The notes: a model not told the origin generated them from the sequence alone. A DNA stretch of 64,000 bases from Burkholderiaceae bacterium (GCA_023266335.1 JAHFQJ010000001.1:17364-81363); one strand, 5' to 3'. Counted from the first letter of the stretch, positions 1-11,429 are shown. Translations and numbers: made by a program.

Positions 1-804
1 TTCTTCATCAGTTTCGCCAAGCCCTACCATAATGCCGGATTTAGTCGGTATATTTGGATTTTGCTGTTTAAACATCTGTAGTAATTTAAGTGAATGCAGG
101 TAATCTGAACCTGGACGCGCTTCTTTATATAGCCTCGGTATAGTTTCAAGGTTATGGTTCATGACATCGGGCGGAGCAGAATTGAGTATATTTAATGCCC
201 TATCAAGCCGTCCGCGGAAGTCTGGTGTAAGAATTTCTATTTGTGTATGCGGCGAATAGATACGCGTTTGCTTAATGCATTGGATAAAATGGTCTGCACC
301 GCCGTCAATTAAGTCATCTCTATCTACACTGGTAATGACTACATATTTTAGTTTTAAAGCAGCAATAGTTTTAGCTAAGTTTAAAGGCTCATTTATATCT
401 AAAGGGTCAGGTCTGCCATGTCCTACATCACAAAATGGACAACGCCTTGTACATTTATCGCCCATAATCATGAAGGTAGCTGTACCTTTACCAAAACACT
501 CGCCAATATTTGGGCAAGAAGCTTCTTCGCAGACGGTATGTAAATTATTTTCACGCAGAATTTTTTTTATTTCATAAAAACGTGAACTGCCTGAAGCAGC
601 TTTTACTCTAATCCATTCAGGCTTTTTTAATATTTCTGCTGGAACAATTTTAATTGGAATACGCTTAGTTTTATCAATAGACTTTTGTTTTTGCGTAGGA
701 TCATACATTGAATTTACAATATCATTAGAATTAGCTGAATTTGAATTAATGGTAGTTTGTTCAATATTTTCAGTTTGAGTTTGATTATGGGTATTGATAG
801 TCAT
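1..804 (-). CDS. lipA: lipoyl synthase LipA (partial; 3' part runs off the left edge)
   Basis: My own minus-strand translation starts at ATG 804..802. It gives ...KPEWIRVKA...[36 protein letters not shown]...[11 protein letters not shown]...[10 protein letters not shown], with both LipA cysteine clusters. The frame is open to position 1, so it is absent from the ORF track. There is an N/T/Q-rich N-terminal extension. Confidence 0.9.
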   Translation of the reverse strand, partial: MTINTHNQTQTENIEQTTINSNSANSNDIVNSMYDPTQKQKSIDKTKRIPIKIVPAEILKKPEWIRVKAASGSSRFYEIKKILRENNLHTVCEEASCPNIGECFGKGTATFMIMGDKCTRRCPFCDVGHGRPDPLDINEPLNLAKTIAALKLKYVVITSVDRDDLIDGGADHFIQCIKQTRIYSPHTQIEILTPDFRGRLDRALNILNSAPPDVMNHNLETIPRLYKEARPGSDYLHSLKLLQMFKQQNPNIPTKSGIMVGLGETDEE

Positions 805-896
805 AAATGTTTAGCTTAAGCGTATATTCCTATATTATGCCATAAATTTATGGCTCTACCAAATCTAAAATTATTTACCCAAGATGTTTGGCGTGC

Positions 897-2951
897 CTAG
901 TTCAGCATTGCCTTCATCATTTCTAAATAAGATAACGGATTAACTTTAGCTTTTTTATCTATATTTGTATTTAAATTCATTTCTTGTAAAAACCTTGAAG
1001 GTTCTATACTGATTTTTTCGCCATTTTTTCTCCGTTGTTTACACCAGCTGATATGTAAACTGCGTTTTGCCCGTGTTACTCCAACATACATTAATCTGCG
1101 CTCTTCTTCAATATCACTGCTTTTATCTTCGCCATTGTTAAAGGGCAAAATTCCCTCTTCAGCACCTAATAGATATACATGTCCAAATTCTAATCCTTTA
1201 GAGGCATGTAAAGTTGAAAGCTGCACTCCATGGTTTTTATTATCATTTTTACCTTCTAAAATCGTCATTAATGCAATCATTTGTGTGAGTTCAAGCAGAT
1301 TTTTAGGTTTAGCGGATAATCCGTCTTGACTGCCAAACTCAACTCCATCAGCATCTATGCTTGCCTCGCTTGAGCCTTTACTTTTAAGCCAATTAATAAA
1401 TTCAGTGGTGTTTTCCCATTTATTAGCAGCTATTTTTTCATCATAATGCTCATATAAATATGCTTCATAATTTATATATTTCAGCATTTCATCTAACAAA
1501 AGGCTTGCCGGTTCATGTTTGGCTTTTTCGTTAATTTCATTAACAAAATTTACAAATTCCCTTAAACTATATAAAGCCTGTTTATTGATTTCTGTTTCTA
1601 ACATGTTTAAAAAACATGCATCAAACAAACTGCATTTCATTTTTCCGGCTAATTCGCCTAATTTAGCTAAGCTTGTACTGCCAACGCCTTTTTTTGGTGT
1701 ATTGACTGCACGTATAAACGCTGGGTCATCATTGCTGTTATAAATTAGGCGTAAATATGCACAAATATCTTTAATCTCTGCTTTTTCAAAAAAACTTTGT
1801 CCGCCAGATAAAGTATAAGGAATACTTTCCCGTCTTAAAATTTTCTCTAGTAATCTTGCCTGATAGTTGCTGCGGTATAAAACTGCATATTCACTCCAAT
1901 CAGTTTTGCATTCAAACCTGTGGGCAGAAATTCTAAATATAATACTTTCAGCTTCGTGTTCTTCATCATTCATTGCGTAAAGTGATACGTCATCACCCAT
2001 GCCGTGTTCGCTCCAGAGTTTTTTATCGAAAAGCTTAGTATTATTTGAAATTAATTGATTGGCTGCATTTAAAATATTATTGGTGGAACGGTAATTTTGT
2101 TCTAATTTAATAACTTTTAAACTAGGAAAATCAGCATTCAGTTTATCTAAATTATCGCTGCTTGCTCCGCGCCATGCGTATATAGCTTGGTCATCATCAC
2201 CCACAGCTGTAAATAACGGCACTTTTTCACTTGGGTTTCCGGCTAATAGTTTTAGCAATTCATATTGGCATAAATTAGTATCTTGATATTCATCAACTAA
2301 AATATAACGCAGCATATTTTGCCATTTAATCTGTAAATTAGGATTAGATTTTAATAATTCACACGGCAGTTTAATTAAATCATCAAAATCTACAGCTTGA
2401 TAAGCTTTTAGCGTGTTTTGATATATTTCATAAATATTTGCAGCTTGATGTAAAAACTCATTATCCCCCGCAGTTTGTGCATATGAAATGGCTTGTGATG
2501 GTGTATAAAGCTGATTTTTAAAGTAACTTATATAATGAGCAATATTTTTGATAATATTTTTATCAGTTGAGGCAAGAATATCTTGTATTACACTATAAAC
2601 ATCATCACTGCTGAAAATTGAGAAATTTGGCTTTAACCCTAAATGCTCACATTCCAGTTTCAAAAACTTTAACCCTAATGCATGAAAGGTACACACAGTA
2701 AGCTGTTTTAATACTTTTTTATCTTGAATTAAACCAGCAAGCCTTTCCTGCATTTCCTTGGCTGCTTTATTTGTAAATGTAATGGCGGCAATATTTTTAG
2801 GAGAAAATCCCTGCTCAATTAAATAAGCAATTTTATGTGTAATTACACGTGTTTTGCCGCTGCCTGCACCTGCAATAACTAAGCAAGGTCCTTGTATATA
2901 TTTAATACTGTCAATTTGAGCTTGATTAAGAGTATTTATAATTGATGACAT
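897..2951 (-). CDS. rep: ATP-dependent DNA helicase, UvrD/Rep family (Rep-like)
   Basis: 684-aa ORF with SF1 helicase motifs: VIAGAGSGKTRVITHKIAYLI, ITFTNKAAKEMQERL, ILVDEYQDTN, VGDDDQAIYAWRGA, LEQNYRS. Length and N-terminus resemble Rep more than UvrD. Confidence 0.8.
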   Translation of the reverse strand: MSSIINTLNQAQIDSIKYIQGPCLVIAGAGSGKTRVITHKIAYLIEQGFSPKNIAAITFTNKAAKEMQERLAGLIQDKKVLKQLTVCTFHALGLKFLKLECEHLGLKPNFSIFSSDDVYSVIQDILASTDKNIIKNIAHYISYFKNQLYTPSQAISYAQTAGDNEFLHQAANIYEIYQNTLKAYQAVDFDDLIKLPCELLKSNPNLQIKWQNMLRYILVDEYQDTNLCQYELLKLLAGNPSEKVPLFTAVGDDDQAIYAWRGASSDNLDKLNADFPSLKVIKLEQNYRSTNNILNAANQLISNNTKLFDKKLWSEHGMGDDVSLYAMNDEEHEAESIIFRISAHRFECKTDWSEYAVLYRSNYQARLLEKILRRESIPYTLSGGQSFFEKAEIKDICAYLRLIYNSNDDPAFIRAVNTPKKGVGSTSLAKLGELAGKMKCSLFDACFLNMLETEINKQALYSLREFVNFVNEINEKAKHEPASLLLDEMLKYINYEAYLYEHYDEKIAANKWENTTEFINWLKSKGSSEASIDADGVEFGSQDGLSAKPKNLLELTQMIALMTILEGKNDNKNHGVQLSTLHASKGLEFGHVYLLGAEEGILPFNNGEDKSSDIEEERRLMYVGVTRAKRSLHISWCKQRRKNGEKISIEPSRFLQEMNLNTNIDKKAKVNPLSYLEMMKAMLN

Positions 2952-2964
2952 ATTTTTATATATT

Positions 2965-3624
2965 CTATATTTTTATTTTCTTAAATTTTTTTAATACGGC
3001 TGCTGATATTAAGGGAATTACGGCGGCTGCAAATCCAATTAATACAATTGAATTAAGATTTTCTTTGATGAATTGGATATTACCAAAAAAGTAACCTAAA
3101 GTGATAAACGATGCCACCCATATGCCAGCACCCATAATATTGTAAAGTTGAAACATTTTTACATTCATTTTTGAAATACCAGCTACAAAAGGTACAAATG
3201 TTCTGAATAATGGCAAAAATCTCGACATTACAACAGCTTTCCCTCCATGCTTTTCAAAAAACTTTTCAGTTTTATGTATATATTGCCGATTGATTGATTT
3301 ATATTTACTGGTGTCATGAATTTTAGTGCCTATCCATCTTCCAATATAGTAATTGCAAGTATTACCTAAAACTGCACTGGTAAATAAGCCAATTAAAGAT
3401 AATGATAAATCCATATTACCTGAAGCGCAAAATGCGCCAATTAAAAATAATAAAGAATCACCGGGTAAAAAAGGGGCAATAACTAAACCAGTTTCGGCAA
3501 ATATTATGAAAAACAAAATCGCATATACCCACGTACCGTAAGTTTGCAGAACATAAGCTAAAGATTTATCAATGTTTAAAATTATATCAGCAATTGCGCT
3601 AATTTGTATTGAAATATCAAACAT
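2965..3624 (-). CDS. DedA-family (VTT domain) inner-membrane protein
   Basis: 219-aa polytopic ORF with a DedA-type core (ETGLVIAPFLPGDSLLFLIGAF; SRFLPLFRTFVPFVAG). Confidence 0.75.
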   Translation of the reverse strand: MFDISIQISAIADIILNIDKSLAYVLQTYGTWVYAILFFIIFAETGLVIAPFLPGDSLLFLIGAFCASGNMDLSLSLIGLFTSAVLGNTCNYYIGRWIGTKIHDTSKYKSINRQYIHKTEKFFEKHGGKAVVMSRFLPLFRTFVPFVAGISKMNVKMFQLYNIMGAGIWVASFITLGYFFGNIQFIKENLNSIVLIGFAAAVIPLISAAVLKKFKKIKI

Positions 3625-3723
3625 GAATAGTCTTTGAAGTTATTGTATGAATTTATATTATACTTTGTTTATAGTGTTAGTACTATAGAGGAATTTTATG
3701 GGATATATTACTGAATTATTTAC

Positions 3724-3810
3724 TATACTAACCAGCTTTTAATTTGCAGACTTCGTTGTTGTCAATATAGCCAAATTCCAATGTGTTGAGTATATTACAA
3801 TTAGCTTATA
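3724..3810 (+). repeat. MITE-like dispersed repeat, family A (internally deleted copy)
   Basis: Begins tatactaacc...ttttaatttgcagacttcgttgttgtcaa and ends caattagcttata. It aligns by eye with the copies at 15447, 30336, 31914, 36475 and 59938. Confidence 0.6.
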
Positions 3811-4101
3811 CTTGTGCTAGGATATATAAAAATGGAAGAAATGCCATCATCTAAAAAATAAATCATAAATATAAACTTTAATCCGGTACTTAATCCGGTT
3901 GTGCCTATAATAGATAAAATAATTTGAGTACAGTACATCTGCAGAAAGCGGTGCAGTTATTACATATAATAAAGATATGAAGCAAAGCCGTGATGAGCCT
4001 GCAAATAATAATTTCAACCAGCACAGACTTAAATTCAAGTGCAGCGATCATATCAACAAATAAATCAAAATGTTAACTAGTTTTTTAATCAGGAAATCAA
4101 T

Positions 4102-6492
4102 ATGAATATGGAAAATGCAGATTTGGAATATATCATACCATTAAGTTCTTTACGTATGAGCGATATTGAAAAAGTCGGAGGGAAGAATGCATCATTAGGC
4201 GAATTAATTTCCCAGCTGTCGCATGCAGGGGTTAAAGTGCCGGGTGGGTTTGCTACAACTTCACAAGCTTTTCGTGATTTTATAAGCTTTAATAATTTAG
4301 ATAATTTTATTATACAGGAATTAGCTAATCTTGATGTAAATAATATTCAGAAGCTAGTTGAAGCAGGTAAAAATATCCGTCAAAAAATTATTCAGGGAAA
4401 TTTTCCTGTGCAATTTGAAGAAGTCATTAGACAAAATTATGCAGAATTAGTTGAGACTTACGGGAATAATGCTTCATTTGCAGTTCGTTCATCAGCCACT
4501 GCGGAAGATTTACCTGATGCTTCATTTGCAGGGCAGCAGGAAACTATTTTAAATGTAGCTGGAATTGAATCAATTTTGGCTAATATTAAACTTGTTTTTT
4601 CATCTCTGTACAATGACAGAGCTATTTCATACCGTGTACACAAAGGCTTTAGCCATACTGAAACAGCACTTTCAGTTGGAGTGCAGTTGATGGTACGGTC
4701 TGATTTAGCCTCTTCAGGTGTGATGTTTACTATGGATACAGAAAGCGGATTTAACGGCGTAGTATTTATTACAGCTAGTTACGGATTGGGTGAAATGGTG
4801 GTGCAGGGTGCAGTAAATCCAGATGAATATTATGTATCAAAAAATGCGTTAGAAAATAATAAATATTCAATTATACGCCGGCATTTAGGTTCAAAACTGC
4901 AAAAAATGGAATTTGCACCTCAAGGAAGTAATAAATTAGTACAGACGCTAGATACAGGAGTTGAGCGCTATCAATTTTGTCTTGAAGATAAAGATGTAGA
5001 ACAATTAGCAAAATATGCGTGTGCTATTGAAAAACACTACGGCAGACCAATGGATATTGAATGGGGTAAAGATGGCATTGACGGACAATTATATATTTTA
5101 CAAGCCCGCCCTGAAACCGTAAAAAGCCAAGTTAAAATTGAAGAAAAATTTATTCTTAAAGGAAATTCTAATATTTTAGCCAAAGGAAGAGCAATTGGAC
5201 AAAAAATTGGTACGGGAACAATAAAAATATTACGTGATGCTAGTGAAATGGATAAAATCCAAGCTGGAGATATTTTAGTTGCAGATATGACAGATCCTAA
5301 TTGGGAACCAATTATGAAGCGTGCTGCAGCAATTGTTACCAACCGTGGCGGACGTACTTGTCATGCAGCAATTATTGCCCGTGAGCTTGGTGTGCCTGCT
5401 GTTGTAGGATGCGGTAATGCAACTGAAGTATTAACGGAAGGAATGCTGGCTACAGTTTCATGCGCCCAAGGCGATGAAGGTTATATTTACGAAGGATTGC
5501 TTGATATAGAAGTTATGACTGTAGAGCATGGAAATTTAGATGATTTACCTATAAAAATAATGATGAATGTTGGTAATCCGCAGTTAGCTTTTGACTTCTG
5601 CCAAATTCCTAATGACGGTGTGGGTTTAGCCCGTATGGAATTTATCATTAATAATCATATCGGCGTACATCCACAGGCTATTTTAGCTTATCCGCATATT
5701 GATTTAGATTTGAAAAAGGCCATTGAAAATATTGCCCGCGGCTATGCTTCACCCCAAGTATTTTTTACCTCAAAATTAACTGAAGGTATTGCTTCAATTG
5801 CAGCAGCTTTTTACCCTAAACCAGTTATTTTGCGTTTATCTGATTTCAAATCAAATGAATATCAAAAACTAATCGGCGGTTCACGTTTTGAACCATCAGA
5901 AGAAAATCCGATGCTGGGGTTTAGAGGTGCAAGCCGTTATATTCATGAAAGTTTCAGCAAAGCATTTGAAATGGAATGCCAAGCTATAAAATTTGCCCGT
6001 GAAAATATGGGCTTGGATAATATTCAAATTATGGTGCCTTTTGTAAGAACAATTACTCAAGGTAAAAAAGTTATTCAAGAATTAGCTAAACACGGTTTAA
6101 AGCAAAAGGAAAATGATTTGAAAATAATTATGATGTGTGAAATTCCAAGCAATGCATTACTGGCTGAAGAATTTTTACAAATTTTTGACGGATTTTCAAT
6201 TGGTTCAAATGATTTAACTCAATTAACCTTAGGTTTAGACCGTGATAGTGGTTTAGAAGTATTGATGTCTGATTTTGATGAACGTGATGAGGCAGTGAAA
6301 AAATTGCTTATCATGGCATTGGAAGCCGCTAAAAAACATAATAAATATATTGGCATTTGCGGACAAGGACCTTCAGATCACCCTGATTTCGCAGAATGGC
6401 TAATGAAACAAGGTATTAGCAGTTTATCATTAAATCCGGATGCAGTTGTAAATACATGGAAAAATTTAGCTCAAATTGTTAAAGTAACCTGA
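4102..6492 (+). CDS. ppsA: phosphoenolpyruvate synthase
   Basis: 796 aa. Has the phosphohistidine swivel motif GGRTCHAAIIARELGVPAVVG and C-terminal PEP-utilising motif FSIGSNDLTQLTLG. N-terminal ATP-grasp-like part is typical of PpsA. Confidence 0.92.
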   Translation: MNMENADLEYIIPLSSLRMSDIEKVGGKNASLGELISQLSHAGVKVPGGFATTSQAFRDFISFNNLDNFIIQELANLDVNNIQKLVEAGKNIRQKIIQGNFPVQFEEVIRQNYAELVETYGNNASFAVRSSATAEDLPDASFAGQQETILNVAGIESILANIKLVFSSLYNDRAISYRVHKGFSHTETALSVGVQLMVRSDLASSGVMFTMDTESGFNGVVFITASYGLGEMVVQGAVNPDEYYVSKNALENNKYSIIRRHLGSKLQKMEFAPQGSNKLVQTLDTGVERYQFCLEDKDVEQLAKYACAIEKHYGRPMDIEWGKDGIDGQLYILQARPETVKSQVKIEEKFILKGNSNILAKGRAIGQKIGTGTIKILRDASEMDKIQAGDILVADMTDPNWEPIMKRAAAIVTNRGGRTCHAAIIARELGVPAVVGCGNATEVLTEGMLATVSCAQGDEGYIYEGLLDIEVMTVEHGNLDDLPIKIMMNVGNPQLAFDFCQIPNDGVGLARMEFIINNHIGVHPQAILAYPHIDLDLKKAIENIARGYASPQVFFTSKLTEGIASIAAAFYPKPVILRLSDFKSNEYQKLIGGSRFEPSEENPMLGFRGASRYIHESFSKAFEMECQAIKFARENMGLDNIQIMVPFVRTITQGKKVIQELAKHGLKQKENDLKIIMMCEIPSNALLAEEFLQIFDGFSIGSNDLTQLTLGLDRDSGLEVLMSDFDERDEAVKKLLIMALEAAKKHNKYIGICGQGPSDHPDFAEWLMKQGISSLSLNPDAVVNTWKNLAQIVKVT

Positions 6493-6548
6493 AGGCTGTA
6501 TAAGTAACAAGATTAATTACAGAAGAAAGTAAGTGCATCCGTTGATTA

Positions 6549-6620
6549 GTCATACCTGCGTAGGCATGTATCCAGATTATACCCATGCAAAAATGACATT
6601 CCTCACATGCATAAAGTGAA
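6549..6620 (+). repeat. dispersed palindromic repeat, family B (two degenerate units)
   Basis: gtcatacctgcgtaggcatgtatcc ... gacattcctcacatgc. This resembles the gtcattcctgcgtatgcgggaa core at 42881 and its reverse complement at 8536-8609. Confidence 0.45.
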
Positions 6621-6699
6621 AAATAGGATAAGTTATTAAACCTATCCTATTGATGTTTGCCTCTAATTATTCTTAGATTCTTATATGTTTATATGAATA

Positions 6700-7146
6700 T
6701 CAGCTGTTCACTTCGCTTTTATCATATTCTTTTTGATTAGTTTTAGCATTGCCGTTAGCAGAAGAATTTTTTGTCAAATCATCTCTATTTTCAGAGCTTT
6801 GATTCATATTAGACCCAGCTTCATTTCTTCTTTGTCCTTGATCATTGCTGGCGCTAATATCAAAATTATACTTGCCATTATTATTGCTTAGCCATTGTGA
6901 AGCTTTTTTTGCACCTTCAGGTGTATTTTCAAACTGTGGTGCTTTAGCAGATTTATCTGCACTATCACATCTGCAACATTCTGTTACAGCCTGATTAACA
7001 TCGCTAAATTCTTTTTCAAAAACCGCTTTGTTATTACTATCAGACTTGCGGGCAGTAAATTTGCCGCTTTGAGTGCTGCCTTGATCAGCATTATTTTTGG
7101 AATTTTTACTATCGGCGGTTTGAGCATTTGAAGTTTTGTAATTCAT
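6700..7146 (-). CDS. hypothetical hydrophilic N/S/K/Q-rich protein
   Basis: 148-aa ORF with low-complexity composition and a single CCRC cluster. No recognisable domain and no competing ORF. Confidence 0.4.
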   Translation of the reverse strand: MNYKTSNAQTADSKNSKNNADQGSTQSGKFTARKSDSNNKAVFEKEFSDVNQAVTECCRCDSADKSAKAPQFENTPEGAKKASQWLSNNNGKYNFDISASNDQGQRRNEAGSNMNQSSENRDDLTKNSSANGNAKTNQKEYDKSEVNS

Positions 7147-7646
7147 ATCTTTCTCCGTTTTGTTTGTTTATCAATTCTCAACTTCATTTTGCATTTTTTA
7201 CCTAAAAATTGCAATGTTATTATTAATTTATTGATGTAAAAACACAACATTAATAAAAATTATTTTTACTAATATATTGATTAAAGCTTGATAAATAAGG
7301 CTTTGCTTAGCATATTATATTTTTTTGATTATCTGTATAATCAGGATATTTTTTTGTAAATACATTATTATATAATGGTTATTTTTAATGTAAAACTGGC
7401 TCTGAGTCTAGTATCTTTATAAATTATCAAAAATAAAAGCTATAATCAATTTGCAATTAGCGTTAATACCTATAATTGGGTTTAGCAGCCAATAAAAAAG
7501 CTGTAAAGTTAAAAATTCTAAATTATAATTTAGGCATAAAATTTATATTGCCGGTTTATGCTATAATTTTAAATGATTAAATGCAAGTTTTATGAACTAT
7601 GGTATAACTATTACTAAAACGAATATATAAATAATTGAGATTAATA

Positions 7647-8504
7647 ATGAAAATTGCAAACATTGAGATTGGTTTAGATAAACCTCTGTTTTTAATAGCT
7701 GGTCCATGTGTAATTGAAAGTGAGCAAATGGCAATAGACATAGCCTCTATGCTTAAAGAAATTACTCAAAGTTTAGGCATACCTTTTATCTACAAATCTT
7801 CTTACGATAAAGCCAATCGCTCATCAGGAAAATCATTTCGCGGTTTGGGTATGGATAAAGGTTTAGCAATTCTACAAAAAATTAAACAAGAATTGAACAT
7901 ACCTATACTAACCGATGTGCATTCTATTGAAGAAATTCCTTATGCTGCTCAAATGGTTGATATACTGCAAACCCCAGCTTTTCTATGCAGGCAAACTGAT
8001 TTTATCGTTGCTTGTGCTAAATCCGGTAAGCCGGTGAATTTTAAGAAAGGGCAATTTTTAGCCCCGCAAGATATGCTTCAAGTTATCCAAAAGGCAAGGT
8101 TAGCCGCTATTGAAGCGGGTGTGCCAGATAATTTTATGGTATGCGAGCGCGGAGTTAGTTTTGGTTATAATAATTTAGTTTCTGATATGCGTTCCATCGC
8201 TATTATGCGCCAAACTAATGCTCCTGTAGTATTTGATGCAACTCATTCTGTGCAGTTACCAGGCGGACAAGGTACAAGCTCGGGCGGGCAAAGAGAATTT
8301 GTGCCTGTATTGGCAAGAGCTGCTGCTGCTGCTGGAATTGCAGGGTTATTTTTAGAAACTCATCCTGATCCAAATAAAGCTATGTCAGACGGTCCAAATG
8401 CTGTTCCGCTTAAACATATGCCAGCTTTATTATCAAGTTTAATTGAGATTGATAGAGTTGTGAAAAAAAATATTTTATTAGAGGATATTATTCAAAGCTG
8501 GTAG
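7647..8504 (+). CDS. kdsA: 3-deoxy-8-phosphooctulonate (KDO8P) synthase
   Basis: Motifs [34 protein letters not shown] prefer ATG 7647 to the track's upstream TTG at 7635. Confidence 0.92.
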   Translation: MKIANIEIGLDKPLFLIAGPCVIESEQMAIDIASMLKEITQSLGIPFIYKSSYDKANRSSGKSFRGLGMDKGLAILQKIKQELNIPILTDVHSIEEIPYAAQMVDILQTPAFLCRQTDFIVACAKSGKPVNFKKGQFLAPQDMLQVIQKARLAAIEAGVPDNFMVCERGVSFGYNNLVSDMRSIAIMRQTNAPVVFDATHSVQLPGGQGTSSGGQREFVPVLARAAAAAGIAGLFLETHPDPNKAMSDGPNAVPLKHMPALLSSLIEIDRVVKKNILLEDIIQSW

Positions 8505-8535
8505 CATTCATGGATTGATCAATTAATTTGATCAT

Positions 8536-8609
8536 GGTGCTGGATAAATCCGCCTGTTAAAACGAGTGTCAGCAGGTATCTATGGATTTCTGCATACGCT
8601 GTAATGACC
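8536..8609 (-). repeat. dispersed palindromic repeat, family B
   Basis: The reverse complement reads ggtcattacagcgtatgcagaaatccatagatacctgctgacactcgttttaacaggcgg...tccagcacc. It is colinear with 42881-42970. Confidence 0.65.
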
Positions 8610-8668
8610 ATGGTTTGGGTTAGATAATACTTCAGTTCATTTTTCAGATTACTTGTTAATCCCAGCAT

Positions 8669-9301
8669 TCAGAATGAGTTCGTCAGCCTACTCTTTTGTG
8701 CGTTTACCCATTTTTTTTCTTGTTTGGTAGCGTGTCTTATTTGTAACTCAGAAACTTCTACATAATTTCCCTCCACAAAGTCTTTTTTAGTTTTTTGTAA
8801 GTCTTCTGGAGTTTGTACCAGACTAAAAGCAATACACTTTCTTTGCTCTATGATGCTGGTGCTACTGCCTACTATATCATGGTAAGCCGCATTAACAAAG
8901 CTAATTGCCGTCTTTGTCTGTTGTAGAGACCTATCCTCCTCTTGCTCCATTTTTTTTATGAAAATATGCGTAGAATATCTTTCTTCCTCTGTGATACTAA
9001 AACGTCTGTCATTTGAGAGTGTTGCAAAATCTTCAATCCCACGCTCCCCTAAGTTAATGTGCCTAACATCACTCAATAACATAAATCCAATATTAGGATC
9101 ATTTTCCATGGTTAAAAAATTAATCCTGCCTCTCATTTCATTGCGTATTTTAAATGCAAGTATTCTATTGCAATGAGGGTGTAGTTGAGTTAATCTAATA
9201 TAATCTAATGTATCACTTGGCGGTGGTTCATTGGTTGCACTAATTTTAACAAATGCTTGAGATGTACCCCTTGTACTGCTAACTTTATTTGTAGAAGGCA
9301 T
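8669..9301 (-). CDS. hypothetical protein (no recognisable domain)
   Basis: 210-aa ORF that is isolated from its neighbours and bounded by a family B repeat on one side. Confidence 0.5.
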   Translation of the reverse strand: MPSTNKVSSTRGTSQAFVKISATNEPPPSDTLDYIRLTQLHPHCNRILAFKIRNEMRGRINFLTMENDPNIGFMLLSDVRHINLGERGIEDFATLSNDRRFSITEEERYSTHIFIKKMEQEEDRSLQQTKTAISFVNAAYHDIVGSSTSIIEQRKCIAFSLVQTPEDLQKTKKDFVEGNYVEVSELQIRHATKQEKKWVNAQKSRLTNSF

Positions 9302-9485
9302 ATTTTAATCCCTGTACTTAATTAAATATTATATATATAAAAATGTTTTTTTAGACTATTTTTATTTTAATTTTTGGCATTGTTACTTTACAATAGTTTT
9401 ATTTGATTTATAGATTTTAATATTTAGTTAAATCAATTCTTTTGATAATATAAATAATTTAAATTCTATTTAAAAGTAACAATAC

Positions 9486-11429
9486 CTAATTTTTCAGCAT
9501 ACCTTTAGTAAAACTATCACTGGCACTTTGATAATAACCAATAGCCTCTTTTACTATTTCAGGTATTTTTAAATTATCTTCACCATGTTTAGAAGCTTGA
9601 CCTTTTTGCAGAATTTGCCCAGATTGTGCATCTACAATATGCCAAATACGCTGCGGGCGTAACTCAACAATTTTATTATCTTTATACATGCCGACAGTTT
9701 GATAATTTGCCATAAATGCTCTTTGATTATCTTTGCCTTGACTTAAAATATCCTGCCCAAAAAACTTAGACGAATAGTTTATATTTAATAAATTTAATAT
9801 AGTCGGTGCAATATCAATTTGTGAAGAAATATAATCAATTTTTTGCGGCTTTATGTATGCAGGGGCATATACAATTAAAGGAATATGAAATTTATCAATA
9901 GGTAAATCAGTTTTACCGCGTGCTGAAGCACAATGGTCGGCAACAATTACAAAAATAGTATTATTAAACCATGGTTTTTGTTTGGCTCTCTCTATAAAAT
10001 CACCAATTGCCCAATCTGTATATTTTACTGCACCTTCACGGCTAGTTTTTGATGGAATATCAACACGCCCATTTGGATAAGTAAACGGACGGTGATTAGA
10101 AGTAGTCATCACATGAGCAAAAAATGGTTTATTTGCGTGGTATCTTGTATCTAATTCTTTAAGACTTAGTGTAAATAAATCTTCATCAGCCACCCCCCAG
10201 ATATTTTCATAATGAATATCTTTATTATTTATCAGAGTTCTATCTAACACTTTGTAAGAATTACCGCTGAAAAAAGACTGCATATTATCAAAATAGCTAT
10301 AACCGCCGTAAATATATATTGATTCATAACCATTATCCTGCATAACTTTACCCCACGAAAATAAATTTTCATTATGAGGGCGTTTAACAATGGAATGCCC
10401 AGGAGTTGGAGGAATGCTTAAAGTTAATGCTTCTAACCCTCTTACTGTTCGAGTTCCGGTTGCATATAAATTTGTAAAAAATAAGCTTTGATTAGCTAAT
10501 TTATCTAAATTCGGAGTGATATTTTGAGTATTGCCGAAAGCCTGCATAAAATCTCCGCTTAAGCTTTCTACACTAATCAAAACAATATTAGCTTTGCTAT
10601 TAATATTTTTATTTATATCATTTTTAGCTGTAATAATTTTATGCGAAATTCCAGCATTATTTTCAGAATTATTAGTTTTATTGAAAGAAAGATAACTAAA
10701 CGGCTTGTCCATAGATGCATAAAATTGATGATAATCAATCTGATTATGAAAAAACGCATGTCCAAATTCAAACTGTCCATTGCCGGCTAATTGAGATGCT
10801 TGATTATTATTTGCAGTAAATTCTTTTAAATTATCTGGAATAATTAAATAGCTTAAAGCAGCCAAGCCGCACCACATAATAAAATTGGATAATCTTTTAA
10901 GCGGTTTTTTGTTATAAATGCTGTCAAATTGATTTTTTATGCATTTCCAGCTTAATATAAAAAATACAAGACTAACCGCAAAAATTGCACTTAACATCGC
11001 AGTTAAATTATATGATTGAGTAATATTACCTAATACTTCTTTTGTATAGATTAAATAATCGACAGCAATAAAATTAAACCGCGATGAAAATTCATTCCAA
11101 AATACAAATTCGCTAGCACCGATAAACACCCAAGAAGTGATTGCAGCAAATAACAATAAACCAAATATATATGGAAGAATTTTTTTAGGGGATAAATAAC
11201 TAAACAATACAAATGGAATTAGCCAATATAAACTAACTGCAATATCAAAAACTGCACCGATAACTATAATCGGGAATAAATACTGCGGCATTAAAAAACT
11301 AAATTCTTTATTAAAAATTAATAAACCAATACGCACGAGTAAATTTAACAGTAAAAAAACAGCAATTATAGACAAGAAAATTTTATTTTGTTTAATCTTA
11401 GAACTAAGAATAGATTTTATATTTAACAT
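9486..11429 (-). CDS. membrane-anchored sulfatase / LTA-synthase-family (phosphoglycerol- or phosphoethanolamine-transferase-like) protein
   Basis: 647 aa. N-terminal multi-TM region followed by an alkaline-phosphatase-superfamily domain (NIVLISVESLSGDF, ATGTRTVRG, FVIVADHCA). Confidence 0.75.
   Translation of the reverse strand: MLNIKSILSSKIKQNKIFLSIIAVFLLLNLLVRIGLLIFNKEFSFLMPQYLFPIIVIGAVFDIAVSLYWLIPFVLFSYLSPKKILPYIFGLLLFAAITSWVFIGASEFVFWNEFSSRFNFIAVDYLIYTKEVLGNITQSYNLTAMLSAIFAVSLVFFILSWKCIKNQFDSIYNKKPLKRLSNFIMWCGLAALSYLIIPDNLKEFTANNNQASQLAGNGQFEFGHAFFHNQIDYHQFYASMDKPFSYLSFNKTNNSENNAGISHKIITAKNDINKNINSKANIVLISVESLSGDFMQAFGNTQNITPNLDKLANQSLFFTNLYATGTRTVRGLEALTLSIPPTPGHSIVKRPHNENLFSWGKVMQDNGYESIYIYGGYSYFDNMQSFFSGNSYKVLDRTLINNKDIHYENIWGVADEDLFTLSLKELDTRYHANKPFFAHVMTTSNHRPFTYPNGRVDIPSKTSREGAVKYTDWAIGDFIERAKQKPWFNNTIFVIVADHCASARGKTDLPIDKFHIPLIVYAPAYIKPQKIDYISSQIDIAPTILNLLNINYSSKFFGQDILSQGKDNQRAFMANYQTVGMYKDNKIVELRPQRIWHIVDAQSGQILQKGQASKHGEDNLKIPEIVKEAIGYYQSASDSFTKGMLKN

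Noticed and set aside
275-577. 100-aa plus-strand ORF in the track
   Set aside because: It lies entirely antisense to the clearly recognisable lipA reading frame (1-804, minus strand) and has no motif of its own.
3847-4038. 63-aa minus-strand ORF upstream of ppsA
   Set aside because: The peptide is hydrophobic and low-complexity, with no ribosome-binding site and no homology cue. It lies in an AT-rich promoter region and is probably non-coding.
4102-6492. Missing ppsR (PEP synthase regulatory kinase) next to ppsA as a notable loss
   Set aside because: ppsR adjacency is common but not universal. Given the general operon scrambling here, its absence from the window is uninformative.
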